Part shown: in pieces, positions 26,891 through 40,700 of the stretch
How positions within the stretch are numbered: position 1 is the first letter of the stretch
Layout of the letters: each line of letters opens with the position of its first letter
Source of the DNA: Leucoraja ocellata
Lineage: Eukaryota
Assembly (NCBI GenBank): GCA_036785375.1
Contig: JAWMAR010000023.1
Span: 9,796,001-9,860,000, forward strand
Reading direction: 5' to 3'
Length of the DNA: 64,000 bases
Notes under the pieces: model-generated
Told to the model about the DNA's origin: nothing
The model's input: the letters and a program-made list of their open reading frames with translations, nothing else
Databases searched by the model: none
Made by a program: the position numbers and the translations under genes

Positions 26891-29151
26891 ACAGGGATAA
26901 CATATGTTTGGCTACACATCTGATTTGGGATTAAATAGTAACTTTCTTAATGATGTAAAACTTGAAAATATGAGATGCCAAAAAAAGCGATGTCTCAGTA
27001 TGGTACCACTTCTCTGGAAAAAAGGAAGGTCTCCAGGGATGCTGACTGACCCGTTGCGTTACTCCAGCTTTTTCTGTAATAAAATTCAACAACGGGGTCT
27101 TGTATTTAACCTAATAGAAAGTAACAAAGGGAGCTAAGTATCTTATGTATGCAGCTGGTCTTTGTGCTATTTTCAATTTCAGAAGCCAAAACACAATCGG
27201 AGTTTCATTTTATCACACCTTTTCTCTTGACAGATAATTTATATGAACTCTGAATTGTAATCTCATTTTTTTGAGTACCATATGTATATACCAAGAGCAA
27301 ACCCCCCACCACTAAGTTGCAGTAAAAATGTTTGGCATAGAATAAAGAACAAAAGAGAATGTCTATGATAGGATGGAGGGTGGGAGTGATTGAAAGTGGG
27401 CAATAAAGGCATTGTACCGTACTGAGACCTTTCTTTTAGAGGGTTGATTCATTACTGTCACCTTGCCCCTCCAATCTGAACTCTCACAGGTACTTAAAAA
27501 AAAAGATTTGAGCTACTCATTGCTGTCCCAGGAATCTGGTGTGAATCTCTGCCCTCTCCTGGTGTATCTCCAATAATGAATTCCTCTGTGACTCAGTATG
27601 GAGAGACTGCCAGCGAGGTCTGGTTTTGGGTGGATTGTGTGAATGTGGAAGCCACTGTGCTGAGATGTTTGCCTTGGACTGCACCTTGGCTGGCAGAGTG
27701 AATCTGGCCAATAGCTGGGGACTGACAATATTTTCACCACGTGTTCACAGAACGCCCAGGTCATACCGTTTTCCTCATCGCCATCTTTTGAATATGATGG
27801 AAACTGCCGTCTCACCCTCTCCTTTGTCCTTTGTTTGCCTGCACAGATTCTCCCAGCCGAAAGTGCAGAGACAGCAGTTTCCATCTCCTCAGGTGATGAC
27901 CGAGACTGTATGACCCAGATTGTGTGTCAGCATATGAAGCAAGTGCTACCAGTTGCTTTCAATGCTTCTAGGTGCCAGCCAGAATGCTACTCCGAGTTCC
28001 ACATCTCAGTGTTGAGAGGCTGCATAGCTCATCCTGGCCTGCCCAACACCAGCCTCCACAGGCTGCCTGCACACCAATTTATGATGCTATTTAATTTGGT
28101 GCTAGCATCCCAACACAACAGTGCACGGCAACAAGGATCCTTGTACAGCCGTGCAGTATGTATTGCATCTCTCTCTATATAATTCTGCAATTACCTTTTA
28201 CATAGCTGATTCCATTAGCACTGTTGTTCCCAGGAATGCAATCTGTTCTATGTGAAGTACCAGTGCAATGAATAGCAGGGTATAAAAGGAGATGCTGATT
28301 TTATACATGAAATTGGCAACGGCAAATAGAACAGTGAGAAAGTAATTAAGAGTGCTCGAAATCTTAGCTAAAGATGCTGGAATTACATGCTAGTTGAACA
28401 CATTGTTTAGCCCATTATGCTTTAATGTACCTTTCTGCAGATGAGTTATTCCTTGAGCTTGAAACGAGCCATGCCGAATTAGTGTAAGGGGATGAATACA
28501 GAGTTCAAAATGGATAAGTAATGTGGGTCATCTAGAAACTCAATGTCTCATTCGCAGTTTGAACAGAAATGGTTTGTAAAACTGTTATCCAGTGCGGCAA
28601 CAATTATTTTGAAGAATAGATTTGATCTATTTGATGTCATGGAGCTCTTTAAGGACTTTAATGTGCACATATAATGTATGAACAGTTAAAATATTTGGGA
28701 ATTTGAAAGGTTTATTGGTTTTGATCCACTAAAATAAAAAAAGGTTCAATACTATGCACTCTGTGGCTAGTTAGTTAACATGATTAACATATTACTGCTG
28801 GTTAGTTCACACGATTTGTTGTGACCTATCCAAAACTGGAAGAGTAGGTTTGATTTTTAGTGTACTATTAATTAGCTATAATTTATTCATTTCCCATCGC
28901 ATCTGCGGCAAGTGTGTGCAAATAGTGGCTGAGCTGGATTTGGCTGTGATGCTTTCATTGTTAAAATAAATAGGCTGACATTAATTTTTCAAAAATATGT
29001 AAAGAATGGATCCATTTTGTTGAAGTGTTGGAAACAAAGCTGTGTGTGGTTATATCTGAAAATGCATTCATTCCGAATTGTTAGAACATGTTGGGAGAAG
29101 TTCAACAAGTTTAGAAATGAATTTTTATACGCAGTATTCTATTAAAGCACA

Positions 29152-29510
29152 TTAATAAACATATAAAATTCTAACGGGATTGGACAGGCTCGATACAGGA
29201 AAAATGTTTCAGATATTTGGGGAGTCCAGAACCAGAGGTCACAGTTTAAGAATAAGGGGTAGGCCATTTAGGACTGAGATGACTAAAAACTTTTTTGCCT
29301 AGAGAGTTGTGAATCTGGAATTCTCTGCCACAGAAGGCAGTGGAGGCCAATTCACTGGATGTATTCAAGAGAGAGTTAGATATTGCTCTTAGTGCTAACG
29401 GAACCAATGGATATGGGGAGAAAGCAGGAACGGAGTACTGATTTTTGGATGATCATCCATGATCATATTGGCTCGAAGGGCCAAATCGTCTACTCCTGCA
29501 CCTATTAGTA
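29152..29510 (+). mobile_element. CR1 LINE 3' fragment
   Basis: Matches the 3' part of the 36686-37712 copy (TRGHSLRIRGRPFR motif and 3' tail). Confidence 0.8.
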
Positions 29511-29704
29511 TTTTCTTGCACTACTTCAGATTTACTGATTAATCGCATTTATCATGTTTACTATGAAGCATGCAAAAAAAGGAATTTCATTGGATCCCGG
29601 TGTATTTGACAATTTAGTGAATCATTTTCTTGAAGGCATCCCCACTGAAAAGGGCAGCATTCGATGTCCATCCCTAATTACCTTTGAAACGATTTACTCA
29701 CATT

Positions 29705-30170
29705 TGACCAATATCCTTCTAAACCCTTTCTATCCATGTACATGTCCAAGTGTTTTTTAAATGTTGTTATTGTACCTGCCTCAACTACCTCTGCTGGCAA
29801 CTCAATCATTATACTTGCCACCCTCTGAGTGAAAATGTTGCCCCTCTTACCTGTGTCTTCTGGTTCTTGATTCCCTTAACCTGAATAAAAGACTCACGCC
29901 ATCAATTCCTTTCATGATTTTATACACCTTTATAAGATTACCCCTGAACCTCGGGTTCCAATGAATAAAATCCTAGCTTGCCCAATCTCTACCCATAGCT
30001 CAAGTTCTTGAGTCCTGCCAACATCCTCGGAAATCTTCTCTGCATTCTTTCCAGCTTAATGACATCCTTCCTTGCGGGGTGACGATAACTGAACGCAATA
30101 CTCCAACTGCAGCCTCGCCAGCCTCTGAGTATTCAACCATTGAGCATAGAATGTCCCAACTTCTATACTC
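29705..30170 (-). mobile_element. Degenerate CR1 LINE fragment
   Basis: Minus-strand LEYCVQ motif (ORF 30056-30247) and CR1-like 3' sequence. Confidence 0.65.
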
Positions 30171-32769
30171 AATAGACTCCGGACTGTCAAAGCTGCCACA
30201 GCCAGACATAAAAACAGCTTTTTTCCACGAGTAGTAGCTCTACACAATAGCCAAAAATCTGTAGCCTCCTTTTGCTCTGGTATTTTGTTTGGTTCACATG
30301 TTTGATCAATGGTGTTTTATTATTAATGTTTAGTGTTTGATGTGTCATTCGTAATTGTCACCATATATGTCATATTGTCACGTGGGCGGAGCACCAAGGC
30401 AAATTCCTTGGATGTGAATACTTGGCCAATAAACTTATTCATTCATTCATTCAATACCCCTTAACAAAGGGGACCTGGCAAGGGGGGACGCCAAGAACAA
30501 AGGGGGCCATTGAGGACTAATTGGGATACTTTGTCTACATATGGCTACATATATATATACTATATATGGCCACTCTTTGCGTACCTTGTGTATGCAAAAC
30601 AAAGAATCACACCGTGACATGTTACATGTGATGATAAAGTATCATTCATTCACTTGTTCAGCTGAACAAGACCCTACTGTAATTTTTGGACAACCTTCAC
30701 AATCTATGATACCAACTACTTTAGTGTTACCTGCAAACGTACTAATCATGGTATTGATCATTTTGAGTGTTCGAGTTACATTCATCCAGACAATGGGAGA
30801 GTGTTATTATTTCCCCTGTGTACCTGATAAACATTGCCAAGACGGGCTTTGGCAAGACGGGTGATGTTACCTGGTAGTCGTTGTATATAAGTGTCTGCTT
30901 CACTAGTGCTTCTCCTCCCCCATCAAATCGCAAGGATATTCCGTATGTATTGTGGTTGGTGCTTCGGTTCGCTGTTGGTTATGGCCAATGCTTGATGTGT
31001 CAAATCAAACCTTGCCCCTGACTATTGTCCAGATCTGATTGTATGCAGCCACAGAGTACTTAAGTTTCAGACAAGCTGTGACTATTGATATTTTTCAATC
31101 ATCTGAAAATATTCTCATTACTAACCTAATGATGGAGATAGGGTCATTTGCAAAGCTATTTAAAAATGGTTGAGCCTGAGGACATTGCTCTGAAATGACG
31201 TCCTGATGCTGAGATCATGCAATTTTTTAACAAATCGTTCATTGGGTTTGAGTTAAATATTAATTACATACAGATATTGAAATTTCAGCTAATGGAGGGT
31301 TTCCTGATTCTCACAACCTTTAATAAGCCTTCTCAATGTCACCTTCTTCAAACAATCCTTTGGCATCAAAGGTTTTGATCAGTCTGAAGAAGTGTCTCGA
31401 CCCGAAATGTCGCCTATTTCCTTCGCTCCATGGATGCTGCCTCACTCGCTGAGTTTCTCCAACATTTTTGTCTCCCTTCGATTTTCCAGCATCTGCAGTT
31501 CCTTCTTAAACACTTGGCATCAAAGGTAGTTGTTGTTACCTTGCCCATTGTTATCCATGGTTCATGAGGATATAATGAAGTTTGAAACCAAACTGAATAT
31601 AAATGAGCAGGTTATTGATAAGTACGTGCCAATTGATAGCATCGTCAAACATTTTCCATCTGTTTGAGACTAGCATCATGTGGTAGTGGTTAGTCAAATG
31701 GGATTTGCCATGTCTTTTACCTGGGACATTTTCTGTCTTGTTTGAACTGGATCTAGATTTGGACACACAGGCCATAAACACTTCAAGGATATATGAGTCA
31801 TAGAGTCTTACAGCATGGAAACAAGCCCTTCAGCCCAACTTGCCCATACCAGCCAACATGTCCCATCTACACTAATCCCACCTGCCTGCATTTGGCCATA
31901 TCCCTCTAAGAAATAATACTATATCAAAACCCTTCTATGAAAGTACTTTTGGATTCTTTGCTCCAGTAGTTGTTGTTCTAGTATATTGCGTATCCTCTAC
32001 TCTCAACTGTTATTTTCTATGATTTTGATTACACGTGATGAATATATACTGTAGACTTTCAATGACTGTGACATATGTGGATAATGGTAGGTACTTAGGA
32101 GGTCAGGTGACATTTTTGGAGAGGGAAACAAAGTTTCTTGGCTTTACTTTATTTCCCTGGCACATGAATGAAGGAGCACTACTATTCCTAAACCAACAAA
32201 TTATCGTTTAATTTTCATTTCAATGACTTTATTTGACTATTTCCATATGTACATAGACTAATATAGTGCACTAAAACGGATTCTACCAGTTGGGTTTTCT
32301 TTGGCTGTTGGTAGAAACCAAGCTGAGGTAGAAGTCTGAATTCATCATCTTTTTTCGGTGTGCTTGTGAAAAGTCGCTCAATATAGCAGATGCACATAAA
32401 TTGGATCAATAGCTAATGGCCTGAAAGTGGAATTGAAGGCCATAGTCACGGCAGATTTCTTTAGAGCTGGTAGGGAAAGCACATTTTGACTAAGAATAGT
32501 CAGAAGATAAGCTGGTTTGGCAATACTTTTACTTGTGTCTATTTATTTGTTAGATGACTGTGCTTATAAATTGGTTTTATTATTTGCATTCTTAGTCTAG
32601 CATTGAGTAATGGAAAATGGTTTCTTAGCAAAGACAGCCAACTCTTAAGATGTATTTTTCCACAATTTGAATCATAAAAGCATTGTAAATGCTGTTTAAA
32701 TATGAATGTGTTTATTTACTGGGATCTCTATTATTAGTAAGTTAGAATCCAATGAAAAACTACTTTGTA

Positions 32770-33440
32770 AATTCTGAGCTGGAGTAACTCAGTGCATCGG
32801 GTAGCAGGGAAATGGGCACTAGACATTTCGGGTCGGGACCCTTCTTCAGGCTGATGGAGTAGAGGAGAGAAAGCTGGAAAAGGGTGGTTGGGGTGAAGCA
32901 AATCCTGGCAAATGATAGGTTGATACAGGTGATGGGGGTATTAAGCAGATGGGTGAAGGAGATAAAAGGGTGTCAAGTAAGGAAAGAGGGGGAGGTGTGA
33001 AATGTAAAACTGGAGGGTGGGCTATGGTGGAAAAGGACAGGGAGAAGGATGGGGGACTGGGATGAGAGGGGTGGGAGATGTGCACATGGTTATGGGGGAA
33101 TGAAGAGGGTGGTGAAGGTGGAAGGAGAAATATGTGCACATCGGGATTGCCGGTAGACAGGGAAGGCATTGTAAGGAAGTATGACTTGAAATAGAATTCA
33201 AGGTTCATACCGTTGGATTGTATGCTTCCCATGCAGTACTTAAAGTGCTGATCTTCCAGTTTGCATGTAGCCACTCTCTGGCAGTGGAGGAGGCCAAGGA
33301 CAGAAAGGTCGGTAGGAGAATGAGGATGAGAAGGGGAATTTAAATAGCTAGCAACAGGAAACACCAGCAGGCCTTGATGGACGGAACGAAAGTGTTCGGC
33401 GAAATGGTCGTCTAATCTACAGTTGGTCTTGCCGATTATG
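32770..33440 (-). mobile_element. Penelope-like element 3' fragment (GIY-YIG endonuclease C-terminal part and terminal repeat)
   Basis: ORF 32846-33466(-): IGKTNCRLDDHFAEHFRSV...PVASYLNSPSH...DLSVLGLLHCQ..ATCKLEDQH...GMNLEF, typical of vertebrate Penelope GIY-YIG domains. Confidence 0.75.
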
Positions 33441-33504
33441 GAATGTGTTTGGTAGTTATTGTACATTGGAAATATAGTCTTAGCAAATAATTAAATTGAG
33501 GTCT

Positions 33505-33675
33505 TGATGTTTTCAAGAGAGAGTTAGATTTAGCTCTTAGGGCTAAAGGAATCAAGGGATATGGGGAAAAAGCAGGAACGGGGTTCTGATTTTAAATGAT
33601 CAGCCATGATCATATTGAATGGCAGTGCTGGCTCGAAGGGCCGAATGGCCTACACCACACCTATTTTTCTATGTA
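33505..33675 (+). mobile_element. CR1 LINE 3' end
   Basis: TTCAAGAGAGAGTTAGAT...GGCTCGAAGGGCCGAATGGCCTAC tail shared with other copies. Confidence 0.75.
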
Positions 33676-34734
33676 AAATGCAATGCTGTGGTAAGCCTAG
33701 AGCAAGGAACTTCAATTTTCATGTAGATTGGAATGAGTAGTGTGAATGGAATTAAATTATAGGCCCACCATGAACTTGAATAGTAAAACAGGCTTTGGGT
33801 CCTACATTGCATAAATCTTATTCTTCAATTGCCATGTGAAATTTAGTTTCCTAAAATGTTCTTTCTAAAGTTTGGCGGTCTCTGTATCATTCTTTTAGGC
33901 TCATATGGCAGCCAAGTTGGACACAGCGGGAACTCCCAAACACCAATAACAGACAATGTTTTGGTGGTGTTAGTTGGAGGATATATAGGGGAGAACAGGT
34001 AAATAACTCTTTTTTAGAATGGTTGCACCTACCGTGACAGGTAGGTGGAGCTTCAGTTTAATATCTCATCTGTCAGAAGTCATTTGAAACAAAAGCAGTA
34101 TATTTTCAGTACCTTTACCCAGCAACTAAAATTGCATTTTTAGAACAAACAAGTATGAGGATGAAAAGGAAGAAGTATACAGATTTGGTATCTGGAAGTA
34201 ATATTGTAAGAGAGATTTTTAATGTTTTTAATTAGCAGAATTAAAACCCTGATTAACAACTAATAATTGATTTTGATGTTTAACTCTTATTTAGTTATTC
34301 TCCTATCCATCTGTATCTTTGTTAGCATTTAATCTTAATGTCAAAAAGTCAGTAACTGTAGGTGATTGTACTTTGAGTGCACACATCAGTTGGTTAATAA
34401 ACTTGTACTATATCTATGAAATCAAAATAGAGCCATTTAGCATATCAGCAGAACAAATCTGGTCTTCAGATTGCAAACCAATTGGTTCTTTATGTTTTGC
34501 TCCTGGCACTTATCATTTTGTTTTGTTTGCAAAACCTGCATTGGCACTTGTTTTACTTGTTTTGATACGAACTGTTTAAAATACATACAAGTTAAGCTCT
34601 GTTGCCGTGGGCTCTGGGTGCTTATGAAGGAAACTGATTTCTAACTACAAAGGGAATCAAGGGTTAAGGAGATCAGCCATGTTCTTATTGAATGGCAGAA
34701 CTAACTCGAGAGCTGAACTCTTAATTCCATTTGT

Positions 34735-34955
34735 TTAAGAAGGAACTGCAGATGCTGGAAAATCGAAGGTACACAAAAATGCTGGAGAAACTCAGCGGGT
34801 GCAGCAGCATCTATGGAGCGAAGGAGATAGGCAACGTTTCGGGCCGAAACTCTTCATCGTCTGAAGAAGGGTTTCAGCCCGAAACGTTGCCTATCTCCTT
34901 TGCTCCATAGATGCTGCTGTACCCGCTGAGTTTCTCCAGCATTTTTGTGTCCTCT
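34735..34955. repeat. Palindromic head-to-head pair of Penelope-derived repeats
   Basis: 34771-34950 reads as a near-perfect inverted repeat centred near 34860. Confidence 0.85.
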
Positions 34956-36685
34956 GAATTCCATTTGTTATGTTCTAATCCGTATTTACTTGAGTATTTT
35001 ATAAGTAGAGAACTTGATTGAAAATAATATTTGAGGCCACAGATGTTGCAGGGTGTGAACTAGTTAGCTCAGCCTCATGGCCTGCAGGGTGTTCAGCTCA
35101 AATGGCTGAACAAATTTTTTTTTTTTCACCTCTTGATTTCAGCCGTGCAACTAGACCAAGTGTATTTTGAAGACTTTGTCCCATTTGGTGAATATCCTTG
35201 AATCTATATTAGTTTTACTAAATATGCAGTGCATAAACAAGAACCCATTTTGGTTTGGGATGGAATACTATCAAATGTCTAGAGATTCAGTTAAACATGA
35301 TAAACAAAAGCTCAGGTGGTTGGTTCATTGTCAAACTGTAACGTCACTTGAATTGTGTGGAAAAATAAGGCTGTTTGTTGCAAAGGAGCAAAACAGCTTG
35401 AGCATCGTTCTATTTCTATATATATGCATTGATATGCAGCGATTGAACCTTTATTAACTATTTAAAATGAAATGATTCTCAAATAGTTACTATTGAGGAT
35501 AGACTTAGTGACCCATGGACAAAGGAAAATTATTGATTTTTTCAAATAAATCCGTCTTTATCTCATATGAAGTGCTGTGCTCAGGCAAAATCAACTCTAG
35601 AATGTTTAATTAATTTTTTTAGAAATATTTATGTAAAAGTGCAATGCTACTAATTGCAGGACAGATTTATAACGTGTTAACTTCCAAAGATGGCTTATTT
35701 TGGCAAAATGCTCCATGTGGCATGAGTTGAAAAGCTTGCATCTCAATATAGCAAAACTGCATATTTAGCTCCTCAGCTAGTTTGAACTGGAAATATCCAG
35801 TCTGGCTTGGCTACTGGCCATGTCACATTGGTAATATGAGCTTCACTTCCTCCTTGGATGGAGTCCTTGTGGTGCGGAGGGGGGGGGGGGGGAGAGGAAA
35901 GGAGAGAAGAGAGGGGAGGGCGCATGTGACTGGCAGGAGTCTGCGGTTAGCCTGGGGGAAGAGGGCTTGCGTTCTCAGCAGTGGCTGTGAAGAGCTGTCG
36001 GTGGGTTAACTTGCAGATGTTGCTGCTGCCCCAGTACACAGAGCAGACGCGGAGGAGAGTGCCTGTGCTCTCTGGGAATCAATGACTTCAGAGATTAAAC
36101 GCTTTTATGAGGGATTTCTAACAGCCGCACATGATGTAATTTTGGAAAACTTTGCTGGTTATTTTAAAGCACTGAATTTCTTCTGAATTTTCTTTAAATT
36201 TAACATTATTGGGTGAAAATTAAAATGTGCTTGTGGCTGTATTTGGTGAAATCAAATGATGTAAAGGGTACGCTTGCATTTCCATGGATACATTCCTGTT
36301 TTTCCCCACTAATTGGATTGTATTTTCATTGCCAGCTTATTTTAATCTCCTCCCCATTGATAATTACTTGGGGAAAAATGAGTTACCGTTGTGTTATTTT
36401 TGGTATTGAGTAGCTTCTTGGTGTCTTGTGCATTCTTCGAGTAAGTATTTCAGGGTCAAGGATGACTTTCTTCCATTTCTGTTTGAGTGTTCTGAGGTAG
36501 CTATGCAGCCAATGTTGGCTACGCATGCTTTGCCACAGCTGGGGCTGAAGAGGTTCTTAATATTGAGGTGGTGTTCTTCTTCAATCATTTGAGCTCAATT
36601 TGTGTGCACTCCCAAAGAAGGAATCTGGGATTCTGAAGCCATCCAAAATGCTTCTTCTGGGATGGTTAGGTCTGGGGATCCAGGC

Positions 36686-37712
36686 AGGCAGTCAGTGTGG
36701 CAGGCAGTGACTAGTGGGGTGCCGCAAGGCTCGGTGCTGGGACCGCAGCTATTTACAATAAACATCAATGATTTCGATGAAGGGATTCAAAGTTACATTA
36801 GCAAATTTGCAGATGACACAAAGCTGGGTGGCAGTTTGAACTGTGAGGAGGATGCTATGAGAATGCAGGGTGAATTGGACAGGTTGGTTGAGTGGGCAGA
36901 TGCATGGCAGATGCAGTTTAATGTCAATAAATGTGAGGTTATCCACTTTGGTAGCAAAAACAGGAAGGCAGATTATTTAAATGGTGTCATGTTGGGGGAA
37001 AAGGGGAAGTACAATGGGATCTGGGGGTCCTTGTTCATCAGTCAATGAAAGTACGCATGCAGGTACAGCAGGCAGTGAAGAAAGCGAATGGCATGTTGGC
37101 CTTTATAACAAGAGGAGTTGAGTATAGGAGCAAAAAGGTGCTTCTGCAGTTGTATAGGGCCCTAGTGAGACCACACCTGGAGTATTGTGTGCAGTTTTGG
37201 TCCCCTAATTTGAGGAAGGACATTCTTGCTATTGAGGGAGTGCAGCGTAGGTTTACAAGGTTAATTCCTGGGATGGTGGGACTGTCATATGCTGAGAGAA
37301 TTGAGCGGCTGGGCTTGTATACTCTGGAGTTTAGAGGAATGAGAGGGGATCCTGAAACATATAAGATTATTAAGGGTTTGGACACGGTAGAGGCAGGAAA
37401 CATGTTCCCGATGTTGGGGGAGTCCACAACCAGGGGCCACAGTTTAAGAATAAGGGGTAGGCCATTTAGAATGGAGACGAGGAAACACTTTTTCTCACAG
37501 AGAGTTGTGAGTGTGGAATTCTCTGCCTCGGAGGGAAGTGGAGGCCGGTTCGCTGTATACTTTCAAGAGAGAGCTAGATGGGGCTCTTAAAGATATTGGA
37601 CTCAGGGGATATGGAGAGAAGGCAGGAACGGGGTACTGATTGGGGATGATCGCATTAAAGGGCTGTGCTGGCTCGAAGGGCCAAATGTCCTACTCCTGCA
37701 CCTATTGTCTAT
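36686..37712 (+). mobile_element. CR1-clade LINE, 5'-truncated, RT domain with frameshifts
   Basis: SGVPQGSVLGPQLFTININD, KFADDTKLG, WQMQFNVNKCEVIHFG, LYRALVRPHLEYCVQFWSP, TRGHSLRI motifs. Confidence 0.92.
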
Positions 37713-40700
37713 TGATTCATTTTAGTTGGTGGAGATTGTTACACTTTCTCAAGTAAATAATGGGAACATTATTGAATTGTTTCCTTTGCCAATTTGGTAA
37801 TCTTGCCAGTCTGGGGCCTGGAATAGAGTGCTAGTTTCAGGATACAGGCATTAAGCATGCAAATGATGTGGCCTGCCCTTCAGAGCTGTCTGAGTGCAAT
37901 GAGAGAATGTTGGTATGGTTCACTTATCCAGCAGTTGATAATGAGAATTTTGCCAGTTAGCATTAGTGTACTTTTCCACTGCTTCGAGGTCCCTGCTGTT
38001 CATAGTCTGTGCATGGTACACATTCAGAATGAAAACAGTTTGAACAAACTGTTGCTGCAGATCCTGAACAATGCCTCAGTTTTTACACATTCAGTACCTG
38101 CAGTTGTAAATCAAAGAAATTCCTGAAATTAAGCACAATGTGCTGGAGTGATCAGTAGATCCGTCAGCAATTGTAAAAAGAGAGAGAGAGAGAGATAGTA
38201 AATAGTTTGGTTGGTAACCTTTGATCCTACGTTCCATCCGTACAGCACAAAATAGAAACACCATTGATCTTATTACTAGGTAGACAAAAATGCTGGGGAA
38301 ACTCAGCGGGTGAGGCAGCATCTATGGAGCGAAGGAAATAGGCAATGTTTCGGGTCGAAACCCTTTTTCAAACCTTATTACTTCCCTTTCCTTCTCCATG
38401 GATGCTGCGTGGCCTGGTAAATATTCACAACGTATTCTGTTTCTTAGCACAAATAATAATGGGGGAGGAACTACTGCAGTTTCATGACCTCTGGGTGTAA
38501 AAAGTTCAATTTCCCTTTCTTCTAGAAGCCAATTTCTCACAATCATTTCAATGGCCCCACTATTTGTGCCAAGCTTAACCTGGCACAGACTCAATGGACA
38601 GATTTCTAAGCCTAAGAGCTTGAAAATCTGTGAAAATTGGCACTGTGTCAGTCTAGTGCAGTTCGAGTCTTTCGGGCCCATTGAGAAATGGTCCGTGCTG
38701 GGGGGGGGGCACTTTATTCAACAGGACCCAATATAAAGTTTTAAAGTGTACCTGAGGTGGAATGTGTGAATTTGGATAAGAATTTTATGTCTGGTTATCC
38801 TGTTATAATTACATCCCACCCTCAAAACCTGTTTCACACGGACACCACATGATCTTGATGTTCTAATTACAGTGAATAAGCTTTCCGTAAGTTTCTATTT
38901 TACGCTGTAAAAATGAAATAAAGTATTCCTTTGAGATGACAAGTGTATAGAAAATACAGACTCATTGGCCTTCAGGTGAGACATTAATTTATGTTTTTCC
39001 ACTGAAAATAGGACTTTGGAAGGTGATCAATGTTTATTCATCTCTTCACCAAAATCAAGAAGTTTATCTGCTTATTTAATTCCTGGGTGTAGAACGATCA
39101 GCACATAATTTAGTACTTATTTTCTCTATGTTATAAAGATGACTACACTTCAGATAAACAGTAAATTAGCTTAGAAATGCCTTTTGTAAACCATGGGAAC
39201 ATGAAGTGTTCTATACTGATGCAGCTTCTTTTGTCCTTAATTGATCTTCCTGCAAAGCAGATCTGAATAGTTATTAAGATTTAAATGAGTCAATCAGCTT
39301 ATTAATTGGATATAAACTTAAAGGAGCACAGGAGAAGAATGACATACAATAATCTTATTTTTATAACATAATGTGTTGTTGTATTGCAAGGTGTGCTTTT
39401 TTTCATGTACCATGCTCTTGCCTACCATGCATAAAGGCTCACCTGGATCTCATCAGATCCGTGACTAAGCTTGACACATTTCTTGCCTTTATGCATTTGA
39501 CCAATCTGTCCAATACTACTCTTCTCCGCTTGATTCTCCATTTTTGCTTAGGTTATTATAGTCAGAGGCTCATCTGTTATGTTTCCCTTCGGCCTTATCT
39601 CCCTGTCCTTTCCTGACACCCCCCTCATTGTTTGGTCTGTCTTTGGTTTCCTTCCATTTCTCATCTACCAGTGATGGCTCAGACAAGCAAGATGTTTTGT
39701 ACATGTACATCAAAGACATGTCCAATCCCTCACATTCCAATTGGGTCTACTTGACTGTCTGACTGATTTCCTGACCTAGTATTGGATAAGCAAAGAAATT
39801 CATTGGCTTCATAGGAGGAAGTCGTGGATTCTCTGCATAAATTCTTGGCCACCAGTTAAATTCAAGGAAATTGTCAGAATCTGGACCGTTTTCACACATT
39901 TTCTATTTGTGTCGGACATGGAGTGTATATTCTGCCCTATTTTTTAATTCATCTGAAACACATGCTTTGGTTACTGGTTTCCCTTGCTTCCCTAGCTGGC
40001 AATGGCAACCACATCTCAAAATAACCCTGTTGGCTGTGAACATTTTGGGATGCATTAGGATTGGGAAATATATCACAACAAATGTGATATCAATTTTTAA
40101 TTGCATAAGTTCAGGCTCTGAAAAACAGCAGTTGTCTAATACTATCCAGTGGCCAGTTTAGATCTTTGTCAGATGTTTGTTAGGATAGCTTTATGTGTCT
40201 GCTTGAATATGGTGAGATATGTATATCCATTTGGCTTGTGCTTGGTGGCCTGCATTGACTCCTGCTCTAACTGTGCTTCAACTTATCCTTGTTCATAGGA
40301 CTTTGATATATAATTAAATACTACATTTTGCGATTATTTAGTGATTTGAAGTTACACCCTCAGAATCACCTAGTAAAATACTTAGTCAAAACCGTATAAT
40401 ACAATGTCTTGTGAATGTATCTATTTCTCACCACCCATCATCACTCCTCCCTCCATCAAACAAACCAGTTAATAAAAATCCACCCTGTTTTGTTTCAGAG
40501 AATGAAATAGCCTCTGCACTTTGGGCCTAGGGATTTGCAAATTTCCATTCCATAAATTAATAATTAAACTATATTTATACATAATGGAGAAGTAAACATT
40601 TGTTTTTCTTTATATTCTGGAAGGTACAAAAGAATCATTGTACTCAGAGTATTAATCATTCAAGGTGTATATTTAATTTCAATTAGTCATTATTTTCAGC

